Below, one piece after another: positions 10,791 through 20,000 of a stretch of 20,000 nt of DNA. The DNA lies in NCBI GenBank assembly GCA_013239625.1, contig MU053404.1, forward strand, positions 75,309 through 95,308, in the 5' to 3' direction. The notes beneath the pieces are model-generated. The model did no database searches, was not told the origin of the DNA, and worked only from the letters and a program-made list of their open reading frames with translations. The position numbers were made by a program, and so were the translations under genes. Source of the DNA: Lama guanicoe. Lineage: Eukaryota. How positions within the stretch are numbered: position 1 is the first letter of the stretch; the number at the start of each line of letters is the position of its first letter.

Positions 10791-11309
10791 ACCCACTGCC
10801 ACAACCAAATGGTAGAGGAAAAAACAAAATAGAATTATTTGTCTTTGCCACACTTAACACCAGAAATACTTTAGTGTAGGCTGCAAGTAAAACCAGGAGC
10901 TCAGTTGCATCACAGTCTTTGTAGCTCCCAGGGGGTGGTTCCAAGTTTATGCTGAAGCAGAGGAGAACTCCCCGCATTATAGCAAATGGGACAGAACAGG
11001 TCAGCCCAGGCTGACAGGTTGGGAAACTTGGGACTCTTTTCCAAACCATCCCAGTCCGATCTCCTCTGCCTCAGGGACAGAGGGCCAAGACCCGCGCTCG
11101 AAGCCTATGTCCCCAGAAAGGAATACTAACAAGTGCTTAACCAGCTGCTATAAGCCTCCCATTCATGGAAGAGGAGTGAAGGCCACAGGACCAGGCCCCT
11201 TTCTGACAGCATCTGAGCTGACCCCCCTGTAGGAGCTGAGAATGTTGGAGAAGAGGCTCTATGACAGGTGCATCAAGGGATAGATATTAGCAACTGCCCT
11301 TTATCACTT

Positions 11310-11460
11310 TGCACCCTCACAAAGTTCACAAGAGGTAAGTAGAATTATTGTCATGATATCACACGGAAAAAGGATGAATTGAACTGCCTGAAATCATACA
11401 TAGAGGTTGGTAAGACTATGCCCAACCTTGATCTGAATCCAGAAACCAAAGTCCCAAGAT
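11310..11460 (-). mobile_element. MIR fragment
   Basis: 'cctcacaaagttcacaagaggtaagtagaattattgtc...aactgcctgaaatcatacatag' is a degraded antisense MIR. Confidence 0.45.
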
Positions 11461-12329
11461 CCAGGAGGCAAAAAGCGGAGACAGAGACACATAAAGAGTC
11501 AGAGACAGAGAGAGAGAATCCTTCTCTTCTGACAAATGGTTATCTGGGATCTTGTCCATGGAAACAGGATCAGGAAGGGGTAGTTCTGATTTGGTTTTCT
11601 CAGGTCTGAGTTCCCTCCACCTCCTGAAGTTTTATTGTGTGTGTGCTTGTGTCTGTGTGTGCACAGGCAGTCACACAAACCTCCTGTCTCAGAGAGGAGC
11701 TACAAACCCACCTTGTATTCCTACATTCAATGATGCACAGTAACAGGCCCCTGCAGAAAATCAGGTTGTTTCATTGCCAAAGCGCTGATGGGCTCAACTA
11801 TCAGGGAGTCTCAAAGCACTCCCTGAGGGCTTGTCTGCTACCCTGCATGCCAAGGGGAGGCAAGTTGCCTCTTGTGTCCATGAGAAACCATCTTCACGCA
11901 TGTGACAGACATCTCAGGGCACAAACACTTCCCAGGAAGAGTATGCTAGTGGCCAGCATTGCCTGGGACTCCTGGCTGCCTTCTTTCTTGCAGTTCAACT
12001 GTTTCTCACTTCCCAATCCCATCAAGTTCCTGCCTTTCACTGCTCTTCTGAGCAATGGAGTGAGCTCTTTTCTTGTTTGGACCCCAGATACATCCTTACT
12101 TGGCAACTGACTGAAATCATCAAACTAGTATTAATGCAAATATCCCTCTCGACACTGCAATAGCTCGTGTTCTCCTGGTTCTGGAAGCTGGTTCTTCTCA
12201 TTCTTAATTAAAAAATGGATTTTAATTTTAAAATCATTTGTCAATTATACCTCAATAAAGCTGGGGGTGGGGAGTCACAAAATAATGAACTAAAAAAAAT
12301 TCACACAAAACAATAACAATCAAAAACTG

Positions 12330-13020
12330 TATTATATGCGTAGTGCACCATTCAAATAGTTTTAAGTGAAACAAAATGGTCCAGTGTAGTTCCTTGCCCC
12401 TGCTGGTTCCTCGCCTGCCTTCCTGAGCCAGCTCACTGGGCCGGGTTACTTCTAGGGAGCAGGTTTTAGTTGAATTTTCTGGTGCTCTTCTTCACATCTC
12501 TTTGCACTTCTAGTTCTTGATTTATCCACTTTAAACACTGTCTATTGAATTCCTAATAACACTGACAACAATTTAGTTCTTTTGCACCCCGACTCCCAGT
12601 CCATTTTTGTGGTTTAGTTATGTCACTATTTCCAGATAATTGGTACTTTTTACAGAATTGTGACTGTGTAAATATTGTTCCCCTTAGAGCTTAATAACAG
12701 ACTCTAACTATGCTTGCTTTCGCTCCTGAGAGCCCAGGTGCTCAGTTCCCTCTTCGTCCCTCTCTGTACTATATGCCACACCATACCCTCAGTTTTCCAG
12801 TGCTCTGGGGCTTAGCAGTTAGCGCCCACTTCCCTCGGAGCCCCTTCCCCCAGGTTCTGCGCTCCAGCATGTGCTAGTCACCTCCTCGGCCTGTCACACA
12901 GCTGCCATCCTGGAACTGCCCCTCCCTGCTTCATGGGTTGGGCCTTCTCCTGGCTCCCTTCTCTTCTTGCTTTTTTCACTCTGTCTCTGCTGGAGCACAT
13001 CCCCAGTGAAGAACCCCTAA
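12330..13020 (-). mobile_element. HAL1 (half-L1) fragment
   Basis: 'ttcttgatttatccactttaaacactgtctattgaattcc', 'gactgtgtaaatattgttc', 'ggcctgtcacacagctgccatcctggaact' and 'gctggagcacatccccagt' match the antisense HAL1 3' region as I recall it. Confidence 0.6.
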
Positions 13021-13311
13021 CCAATATTCAAAAACAGAATGGTCTTTGGACCTCCTCATGATAATAGTTATACATTTAGTATACATTAATTGGGAAAAAA
13101 TAGATAAGGACCAAAAATTACTGTAAAGGTGCTATTGCTTTTTATGAATTGTGTTTTACTTGCCACAATAACATTAAGGAGCATGTGAAAATCTGTTAAG
13201 AATTTGGGCTTAAGGTTTGGTTTTGTTTTTGGCTGATTGCAAAGTAATCTCCTGGGAACCACTGTCCTAGTACCTAGTGACCCTATATGGGAATCCCTAA
13301 CTCCAAAGTTG

Positions 13312-13465
13312 TTTTTTTTTAATTTATCTTTTAATTTACTAACACAAATATAGATGTAAAATTCAAAAGGTACAAAAGGAAATATGGTGCTGTAGCCTCC
13401 CAGTCCCCTTCCCTGAAAACAACAACCATTCAGTTTCTTGCATGTCCTTTGGAGATATTCTGTAC
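13312..13465 (-). mobile_element. L1ME (L1ME4-like) 3' end, left part
   Basis: T-run, then 'aaaattcaaaaggtacaaaagga...caacaaccattcagtttcttgcatgtcctttggagatattctgt'. Continues at about 14160. Confidence 0.65.
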
Positions 13466-14160
13466 CAGCATCATTCAATACAATCATACTGGTAAAAATA
13501 GTCTACCTGCTGAATGGATAAAGAAGATGTGGTGTATACATATAATGCAATAGTACTGAGCCATAAAAAATGAAATAATGCCATTTGCAGCAACATAGGT
13601 GGACCTAGAGATTATCATACTAAGTGAAGTAAGACAAATATCATATGATATCACTTATATGTGTAATCTAAAATGTGACACAAATAAACTTATTTACAAC
13701 ACAGAAACAGACTCAGACACAGAAAATAAACTTATGGTTATCAAAGGGGAATGTGGGGGAGAAATAAATTAGGAGTTTGGGATTTGTGGATACACACTAC
13801 TGTAGTGTGGTATCCTGCTGTATACCACAGGGAACTATAGTCAGTTTCTTGTAATAATCTATAATGGAAAAGAATATGAAAAAGTATATATGTATGTGTA
13901 TGTATGTGTGTATATATATAAAACTGAATCAATTTGCTGTGGACTAGAAACTAACACAACATTGTAAATCAACCATAGTTCAATTTAAAACAAAAGTCTC
14001 CCTGTGCTGCCTAGGAAAGTACCATCAGTCACACGTGTGCCTATAGAGCACTTGAAATATGGCTAGTGCAACTTAGAAGTGACTTTTAAACTTTATTTAA
14101 TTTGCATTAATTTAAATTTGGATTTACATGGCCACATGTGGCCAGTGGTATACTCTACAT
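13466..14160 (+). mobile_element. MER3 (hAT-Charlie) DNA transposon, interrupted by the L1 at 13510-13991
   Basis: Right part 'gagcacttgaaatatggctagtgcaact...tttatttaatttgcattaatttaaattt...ggccacatgtggccagtgg' is typical MER3. Left part 'cagcatcattcaatacaatc...aaatagtctacctg' is a weaker match to the MER3 start. Confidence 0.75.
13510..13991 (+). mobile_element. 5'-truncated cetartiodactyl-type L1 (L1_Art-like) 3' end with TSD
   Basis: 'ggacctagagattatcatactaagtgaagt', 'cagggaactatagtcagt', 'gaaactaacacaacattgtaaatcaac'. Flanked by AATAGTCTACCTG (13497-13509) and AAAAGTCTCCCTG (13992-14004), an 11/13 match, at a T/AAAA site. Confidence 0.92.
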
Positions 14161-14265
14161 GTTGTACCACATCTTGCTTTGTTCACTTCACAACACATAT
14201 ATCTTCAGATAGACTGTTTCGTCTGTCTTAGTTTTAAAAGCTGCTGCATAATAGCCTCTTGTAAT
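14160..14265 (-). mobile_element. L1ME 3' end, right part
   Basis: 'catcttgctttgttcacttcacaacacatatatcttcagat...ttttaaaagctgctgcataatag' continues the antisense L1ME that begins at 13312. Confidence 0.55.
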
Positions 14266-15369
14266 CCACTAAGGCAATCCCTTACTCAGCCCAGAGAGCC
14301 ATGGATCACCACTTTTAATAAAAAGCTCTGAAATCTTTTACATCATATCATCATAGCCAACACATCTTGCGACAATTCTGGGTTCCTGATCCTTCCACTT
14401 TTATCAGCCTAAGCCTGAGATAGTTTGATAGTCAATAGCCCCTTTTAGGGACTGGAGGAAACAACTTACCATGAATCACTGCCCTAAAATACAACTTACA
14501 TCCACATGTCCTGTGCCTGGAAGTCAGTGGTGAGGATGGCATTCTTCAGGGTTAATCATGGCTCCCTGTAAGTGGTTCTCCTTTAGAATGCAAAGTGCAC
14601 TGGGCAAGGCAAAAATTAATGGAGAGCATCTGAGGCTGGTTTTGCTTTTGCTCTGATGAGAGGGACAAAGAGATGATGGAGAGGCTAAGGGACTTTGTGA
14701 AGCCATGTGGGTTCTGATGGTGAAGCTCCCTGATCTTAAAATTGTCCTTAAGTCCATGTGGATCCCTAGGGTTGCACCTTTAGGCAGCCTTCCTTTCAGG
14801 ATATTTCAGGCAAGAGAACATTTCCAGTCTCATATGACCTCTAGAGAGCAAATTTCACCAACCTGTTTTGATGTTTAACCTGTGTAGCCCTTTCTTCTGT
14901 GAGGTCTCTATGGGAGGCAGTGGATGCACAATTCAACATCAGACAGACCTGGTACAAATCCCAGCTCCAAATGGTACAGGCCCTTTGCAGCTTATGGGGC
15001 GAGTGCACAGCAGCACGTGCTGAGTTTTGGGTGGCCAGTCTGTATAAGGAATCATATGGGGGGAATGAAGAAATGGTCTAAAATTCACTCAGAAATATTC
15101 CTGAGTCACCGGCTAGACATTGGACGGAGGAAGGAGATGTGATTCCTGCCTGGTCAGGGTTCCTGAACTAACAGGGAACACTGCTGGGGTCTGCACACCG
15201 GTGGACACTATCCTTCACGATGACAACTGGGAGAGTGGAATTTGTGCATTCTGTGGAACACTCGTTTCTGCTATAGAACCAGGAATAACCTTACGAGCGG
15301 GTCATATGAGTGCTGAATAAAATCACAATTGTCTGTACACATCCCAGATCAAGGCTCAGTTACATCCTG

Positions 15370-15795
15370 GGATAGAATTTTTGGCCCTGAGCGCTCAACT
15401 CTCCCTGCATCCACACCCTTGCCACGTCTCTCTGTGGGCAGAGTGTACTGTCTCGTTCCCTGGCAGGGGGCGTCGGCCCATGGAATGGGCAGAAGGGAGA
15501 GTGCTGATTCTGTGCCTAGGATGGAGGAGGCCTGATGGGTTTGTGCCTTGCCCTAAATGCCTCCCTTGGGTAGCTGCTGCCTCTTCAGCCTGGGCCCCAG
15601 AATGAACACACGTGGAAAAGACCCGCCCTGGCTGATCTGCAGACAAGGAGTGAGGCGCAGAGCAGACCCAGCACGGGGCGATGAGCAGAGCTGTCCCAGC
15701 TACGCCGCAGAATGGTGACAATCGTTACTCCAACCCACCGAGTTCTGGGGTAGGCTAGTCACATAGCACTCTTGTGGCAACAGTTAACCAGTACA
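15370..15795 (+). mobile_element. MLT1H/I-like (MaLR) solo LTR
   Basis: 'ctccctgcatccacacccttgcca', 'tcttcagcctgggccccagaatgaacacacgtgg' and terminal 'ttctggggtaggctagtcacatagcactcttgtggcaacagttaaccagtaca'. Confidence 0.7.
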
Positions 15796-15807
15796 TGTAC
15801 CCATTGT

Positions 15808-15960
15808 TTTATTAGGTTCTAAGTTCAGCTGCTGCAATAGAGACCCTACACAACAGCAGGTCAAACAAGAAAGAAATTTACTGACCTCTCATGTGAGAAT
15901 CTGGTTAAGTAAGTCCAGGGCTAGTCTGGTGGCGCATGTGTCAGGGAGCCTGGCTCCACC
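15808..15960 (-). mobile_element. MLT1J-like LTR 3' fragment
   Basis: 'attaggttctaagttcagctgctgcaatagagaccc...aaacaagaaagaaattta...agtccagggctagt...tcagggagcctggctcc' is antisense MLT1J-like, tail-to-tail with the previous LTR. Confidence 0.65.
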
Positions 15961-16550
15961 ATTCTGCGGTGGAGCCTTCATATCACGAAGCCTCCATATC
16001 ATTCACAGATTCAGGTCTTAATTTCCTGCCGCCCTGCAATCCAAAACACTCCACAGTGTGGGGCCAAACTCTCTTTCCAAAATTACCCTCCAATACATAA
16101 AGCCTCACCTTGACCTACTATTCCCACTTCTGCTTCAGGCCTCAGGGCTTGTCTTCTTCTTGAACGGCTGTGCTCCCCTCATGCCCCCAAGCTGGTGCCC
16201 CACTGCCATCCCCCAGGTCTCAACATCTCACTCCCACCAGGGCCTCAGGAGCCAGAGCTGGTCAGACCTGCTGCTCCCCAGGAGTGAGAGGCCCTGACCT
16301 CCATGGGTGGGGGGCTGCCATCCAGCATCCAAGAGAAGAATCCAGTCTGCCCCCAGTCATCCTCCCATCCCCCTGCCCAGCCTCTCCCCTCCTCAAGCCC
16401 TTCCCTGAAGAAGCCAGGGAACCTCTGTACCCCCCACCTCCCTCCCTCCTTCTAGACTTCAATAGATTAGTGAGTATAACTGGGCTTGTTCACATGGGTC
16501 TCTCTGCTTCAGAGGTTGACCCAGGAGGGGTGGGCATAACGGTTGGAGGG

Positions 16551-17062
16551 TGACAGGCTCTCTCCTGGACCCAATTCTAGCCAGGTTCCTCTGAGCCTTC
16601 TTCCGGATTCAAACTTGGCCTATAGACTTGAACAAACACTAACATAGTTTCTAACAGCTCAAGGCCCCACACCTAGGATGACACCAGCTCCCTGAGAAAC
16701 ACTCCAGGCTGCCTGAAGAACTGGCTGTTTGTCCCAGCCAACACCTGAAGAGGGGGCCCTGGTCTAGCTTCTGTGAGAAGGTAGGAGCCTAACTTCGATA
16801 AGTGGCAACTAGCCAACACAGATGGGTTTCGCATGGCCAACGCCCCGCCCTTCCCACCTTTTGCACCTCTCTCACTCTACGGAGCCCCCCTCCCCGTTCC
16901 TATTCCCTCATTCTCCCTTTAAAACCCTGGTCACCTCAGGTGCAGCTGAGTTCAGTTCACGATGGACTCTTTTCCTGTATTATTGCTACTGTATATTATT
17001 GATTGAAATGTCTTTACCACTTAAATTTACCACTTAGTGCCTGGCTTTGTTTATTTTTCAAA
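16551..17062 (+). mobile_element. MER67-like (ERV1) solo LTR, full length, 4-bp TSD AGGG
   Basis: Begins TGACA. Diagnostic blocks 'gacttgaacaaacactaacatagtttctaacagctcaaggcc', 'gtaggagcctaacttcgataag', 'tgagttcagttcacgatggactctttt'. Ends 'ggctttgtttatttttcaaa'. AGGG at 16547-16550 and 17063-17066. Confidence 0.85.
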
Positions 17063-17087
17063 AGGGGAGGTGTCCAGGACTAGCCTT

Positions 17088-17162
17088 ATTTATCTGACTT
17101 TTAAATAAGCACCCCAGGGACGTTTCAGTATAGAGGTCTACAGATCATATTTTGAGAAATTA
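17088..17162. mobile_element. MER5-like hAT transposon terminal fragment
   Basis: 'atctgacttttaaataagcaccccaggg...cagatcatattttgagaaa' resembles the MER5A/B end. Confidence 0.55.
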
Positions 17163-17439
17163 TATTTCCCTTTTTATAATTAAATGGATGCCATTTCTCT
17201 GGCAGCCCTTTTGAACAGGAGCTGTATTTTCTGACTCTGGGTCCCGTGGCTAGCACTCCTGCAGGGAGCGACCTGCCAGCAGTGCCCCACAACTACAGGG
17301 ACAGGGAGGCGGGAAACACCTGTACCACTAATACTGGGAACTGCCAGAGGGCAGAAATGACACAAGGGACACCTGTTTCCCCCCACCCCCAGCTCTGCGG
17401 GTGCCTGCTGAGCTAGCTTTCTGCTGAGCTACATAAAGG

Positions 17440-18275
17440 GGAAACAAGTGAATCTCCAAGGTCATTCGAGCTCTTTCTCATCACTTCCTGGATTCCCGAT
17501 ACTTCACTGACCCCACACCCCACCCCCAGGTCACACTTGGACCTTATTATTATCTGGAATCTACCATAAAAAAAAATCTCAAAAGTCCAACCTTTACTTC
17601 TCTGAACATAAGCTCTTGTCCTTCCAGTTCCCACTCATGTGTACCCACCATACACGTGCTTCAGCTGCATCAAAACCTCCGGTCTGGCACCCACTTTCTC
17701 CCAGTTCCTACTTGGTCTAAACCCCCAAGTTGATCTCTCGGACTCTCTACTTCCAGGTCACCTGCAAAGTGCTCTTTCTAAAACTCAGGCTTGATCGTGA
17801 CCTTTCTCTGTTTGAAACATTGCAGTCTGTGCTGCCTGGTCACGCCCACGTGCCTCCGCCAGGTCCCCCAGGACTGGTTCCCTGCTCCCCGCGCGGCCTC
17901 ACACACTGCTTTTACCGCCTCGCGCTGCGTGCTCGGGAGCAGCAGGCTGTGCATGTGCAAGCACACCTGGGGTTTCACGCTTCTCATCGCTGCACTGTCC
18001 TGTCTAGACCAGGGCTTTCCTGCATCTCATCAGCCTAAACTTCTGTGTGGCTTCCTTCCTCTTCCCCTCCTCCAAGCCATCCCTCACATTTACTCCTTTC
18101 CAGCCAACCAAGAGCTGAACCACCGCTTGGCACACTGCCATTGTCACGTCAACACACTGTCTTCTACGTACACCTTCAGGGGTCTGTCCCTCCTCCCAGT
18201 CTTAGGAGTGCCTGGAGGACAGGGACTGTGTCCTAGCCAACTCTTCCTCCAGCACCAGGCACAGTGTCTGGCTTG
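17440..18275 (+). mobile_element. L2 remnants (endonuclease-like piece and 3' end)
   Basis: 'ggtcacacttggaccttattatt' (degenerate GHTLDL motif), 'gtgctctttctaaaactcaggcttgatcgtgacc', 'ggaggacagggactgtgtc...cagcaccaggcacagtgtctggc'. Confidence 0.6.
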
Positions 18276-18889
18276 TAACCCGGGCCCAGGTCAAGTCCCA
18301 CCTTTTTCATGGACTCTCTCCAGCTTCCTAACCTTCCCTCCTCCAAACCCTACAACTCTTCTGTGTCATTCTTGCCCTACTCATTCATTGCCTCATTTCA
18401 TTATCATTTTAAAAATGACTAATTCCTCTGACAGATTTCATTAGAATCAGTGAGAATTTTCACTGAGTAGCTGTAAGGCCTTGTATCTCCCTCCCTTGTT
18501 CTGTCACTCAGATCTCAGTAAGGAGCCGGGCTCCGAGCTACTTTGCCCTTCAGTACGATGGGGACGGAGGCAGCTGTAGGTGGCCATAGTTTTTGTACCA
18601 GCTGACTCCTACAGCCAGGGTATGACCCTGAGCCAAGGACAGACAGGCTGGCCAGGTGAAGACTCTGCGTTCTGGCAAAAGCACTGCCCAATCTGGGTCA
18701 AGCTGGGCAAAGCAGAGCCTTACTCTTGGGCATTTTTATTTAAAAATATATTAGGGTAGATTTGAGACTAATAAAGAATTGTGCAGATTGGAGGTAGTGT
18801 GACAGAAAAAATATTACCTTAGCCTCACTCTATGAACCAACTTTGAAATAATGGAAACATCCCCAAATAGGAACCTGGAGCTACTTGCA

Positions 18890-19140
18890 ATCCTGGCTCG
18901 CACGTTGGGAAGCCCAGCAACACGAGGATCTTTATCCCTGGTTTCTCATCAGCTCCCTGTCTTCGTGTCCACCTCTCTCGTTGACATCAACCCCCGACTC
19001 ATTACAGAGTCCGGGCGGGCATGGGGACTTTCTGCTCTTATGACCTAATGGTGTGACCCAAGTGCCTAGTACTGCACCTGGCCCGGAGCAGGTGCTCAGT
19101 AAACAGCTCTCGTCATTCTCCTCACTGTTGTTGTCACCGT
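18890..19140 (+). mobile_element. MIR fragment
   Basis: 3' end 'aagtgcctagtactgcacctggcccggagcaggtgctcagtaaacagct' plus core-like 'cctggtttctcatc'. Confidence 0.5.
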
Positions 19141-19649
19141 TATTGACTCATTCAGAATTACTTTTACTCACTAAGGTTCATCAACCATCGCTTGCTTAAT
19201 AAATGCGACAGACTGATTTTTTTCTTTGCAGGGGAGGAAGAACCTCGCAGCTGACGGAGCACTGTCTGTCATTACACACTCGCTTGAAATCACGCAGCCA
19301 CCTTTGCTGGGTGAGGCAGGAAGTGGGGAGGTTTGGTGCGGGGCTGAGCTGGAGGGAGCTGAGCAGCACGTGGCTGACCCTCAGCGGGATCAGGAGAGGC
19401 CAGGGAAGCCCAGGGGAGGCCTGGGGATGGCCACCTTGGGCAATGGCTGCTCTCACACATTCTTTACCCTGTCCCTCCAGCTAGCTCTCCAAGGGTTGGG
19501 GGTTCTTTAGAGAAGAAAAAACTCAATGTGAATTTTCCACCAGCTTGAAAGGGTGGAGAATCCCCTACCATGACGGGAAACACATCTGTACACGAGTCTG
19601 AGAGCTTCGGAGAAAAGCCAGGCCTTGGCCTCAGGGTGGAGGCAGCCCA

Positions 19650-19845
19650 GGGACGCAAACCTTCTGGCCGCCACTGCCCCTGTGAGCGGGGCCCCCGCCG
19701 GCAGGGGCAGCCGTGCTGTGAGTAGCCACCGCCGGCCGGAGCAGGGGGGACGCAGGCGCCGGCTGTGCTGTGACTGCACGATCCTGCCCCCGGCACACGA
19801 CACACTTCCCGGTTCCCAGGGACTGACTGTACTGGGGAAACGAGG
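19650..19845. promoter_or_regulatory. Small GC/CpG-rich patch
   Basis: Dense CpGs ('gccaccgccggccggagc', 'gacgcaggcgccggc') in an otherwise CpG-depleted window. Only about 200 bp long. Confidence 0.35.
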
Positions 19846-20000
19846 GAGAGAAGCCCTTCTTCATCCTTTTAATCATCCTCCTGTGCCCACGTCACCCCTC
19901 GTGGAAGCACTGCCTACTGTGAGGGATTCTAGCCTCAGCCCTGCTTTCTCTTGCCTGTGGCCCTTGTTCTTTGCTTATAAATATTCAACTATTTACATTT

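Noticed and set aside
11636..11661. Interrupted (TG)n tract and nearby (GA)-rich run
   Set aside because: Short, degenerate simple repeats.
12134..12141. Octamer ATGCAAAT
   Set aside because: Single 8-mer with no associated Ig or snRNA promoter structure.
12240..12265. L1-like tail 'tcaattatacctcaataaagctg' as the displaced end of the L1 that stops at 7370
   Set aside because: Too short, separated by 5 kb of older repeats, and no TSD links the two.
17791..18444. 217-aa plus-strand ORF
   Set aside because: Overlies L2 remnants, pyrimidine-rich low-stop composition, non-ATG start.
1..20000. Novel multi-gene system, CRISPR-like array, tRNA/rRNA or a second OR pseudogene
   Set aside because: No regular repeat-spacer array, RNA gene signature or additional OR motifs were visible on either strand.

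Overview
Mammalian genomic DNA, most likely from a cetartiodactyl (camelid-like, judged from repeat content). The only credible protein-coding sequence is a single-exon class II olfactory receptor of family OR1 (OR1P1-like) on the minus strand, 2315..3259, 314 aa from the true ATG. The ORF is open but carries several atypical substitutions. The rest is intergenic or intronic and largely built of old interspersed repeats: L1M/L1ME/L1MB pieces, HAL1, L2, MIR, MLT1 LTRs, a MER67-like solo LTR with a 4-bp TSD, MER3/MER5 hAT elements and one younger cetartiodactyl L1 3' end. Repeat family names come from my recall of consensus sequences, not from an alignment. I found no previously undescribed multi-gene system. 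The best leads are a predicted non-coding 5' structure for the OR (distal O/E + homeodomain cluster near 9.6-9.9 kb, strong donor at 9361, acceptor at 3360, three uORFs), a second proximal promoter candidate, possible relaxed selection on the receptor, a triple-nested insertion, template-switch hairpins, and a shift to GC/CpG-rich DNA that may mark an OR cluster edge.
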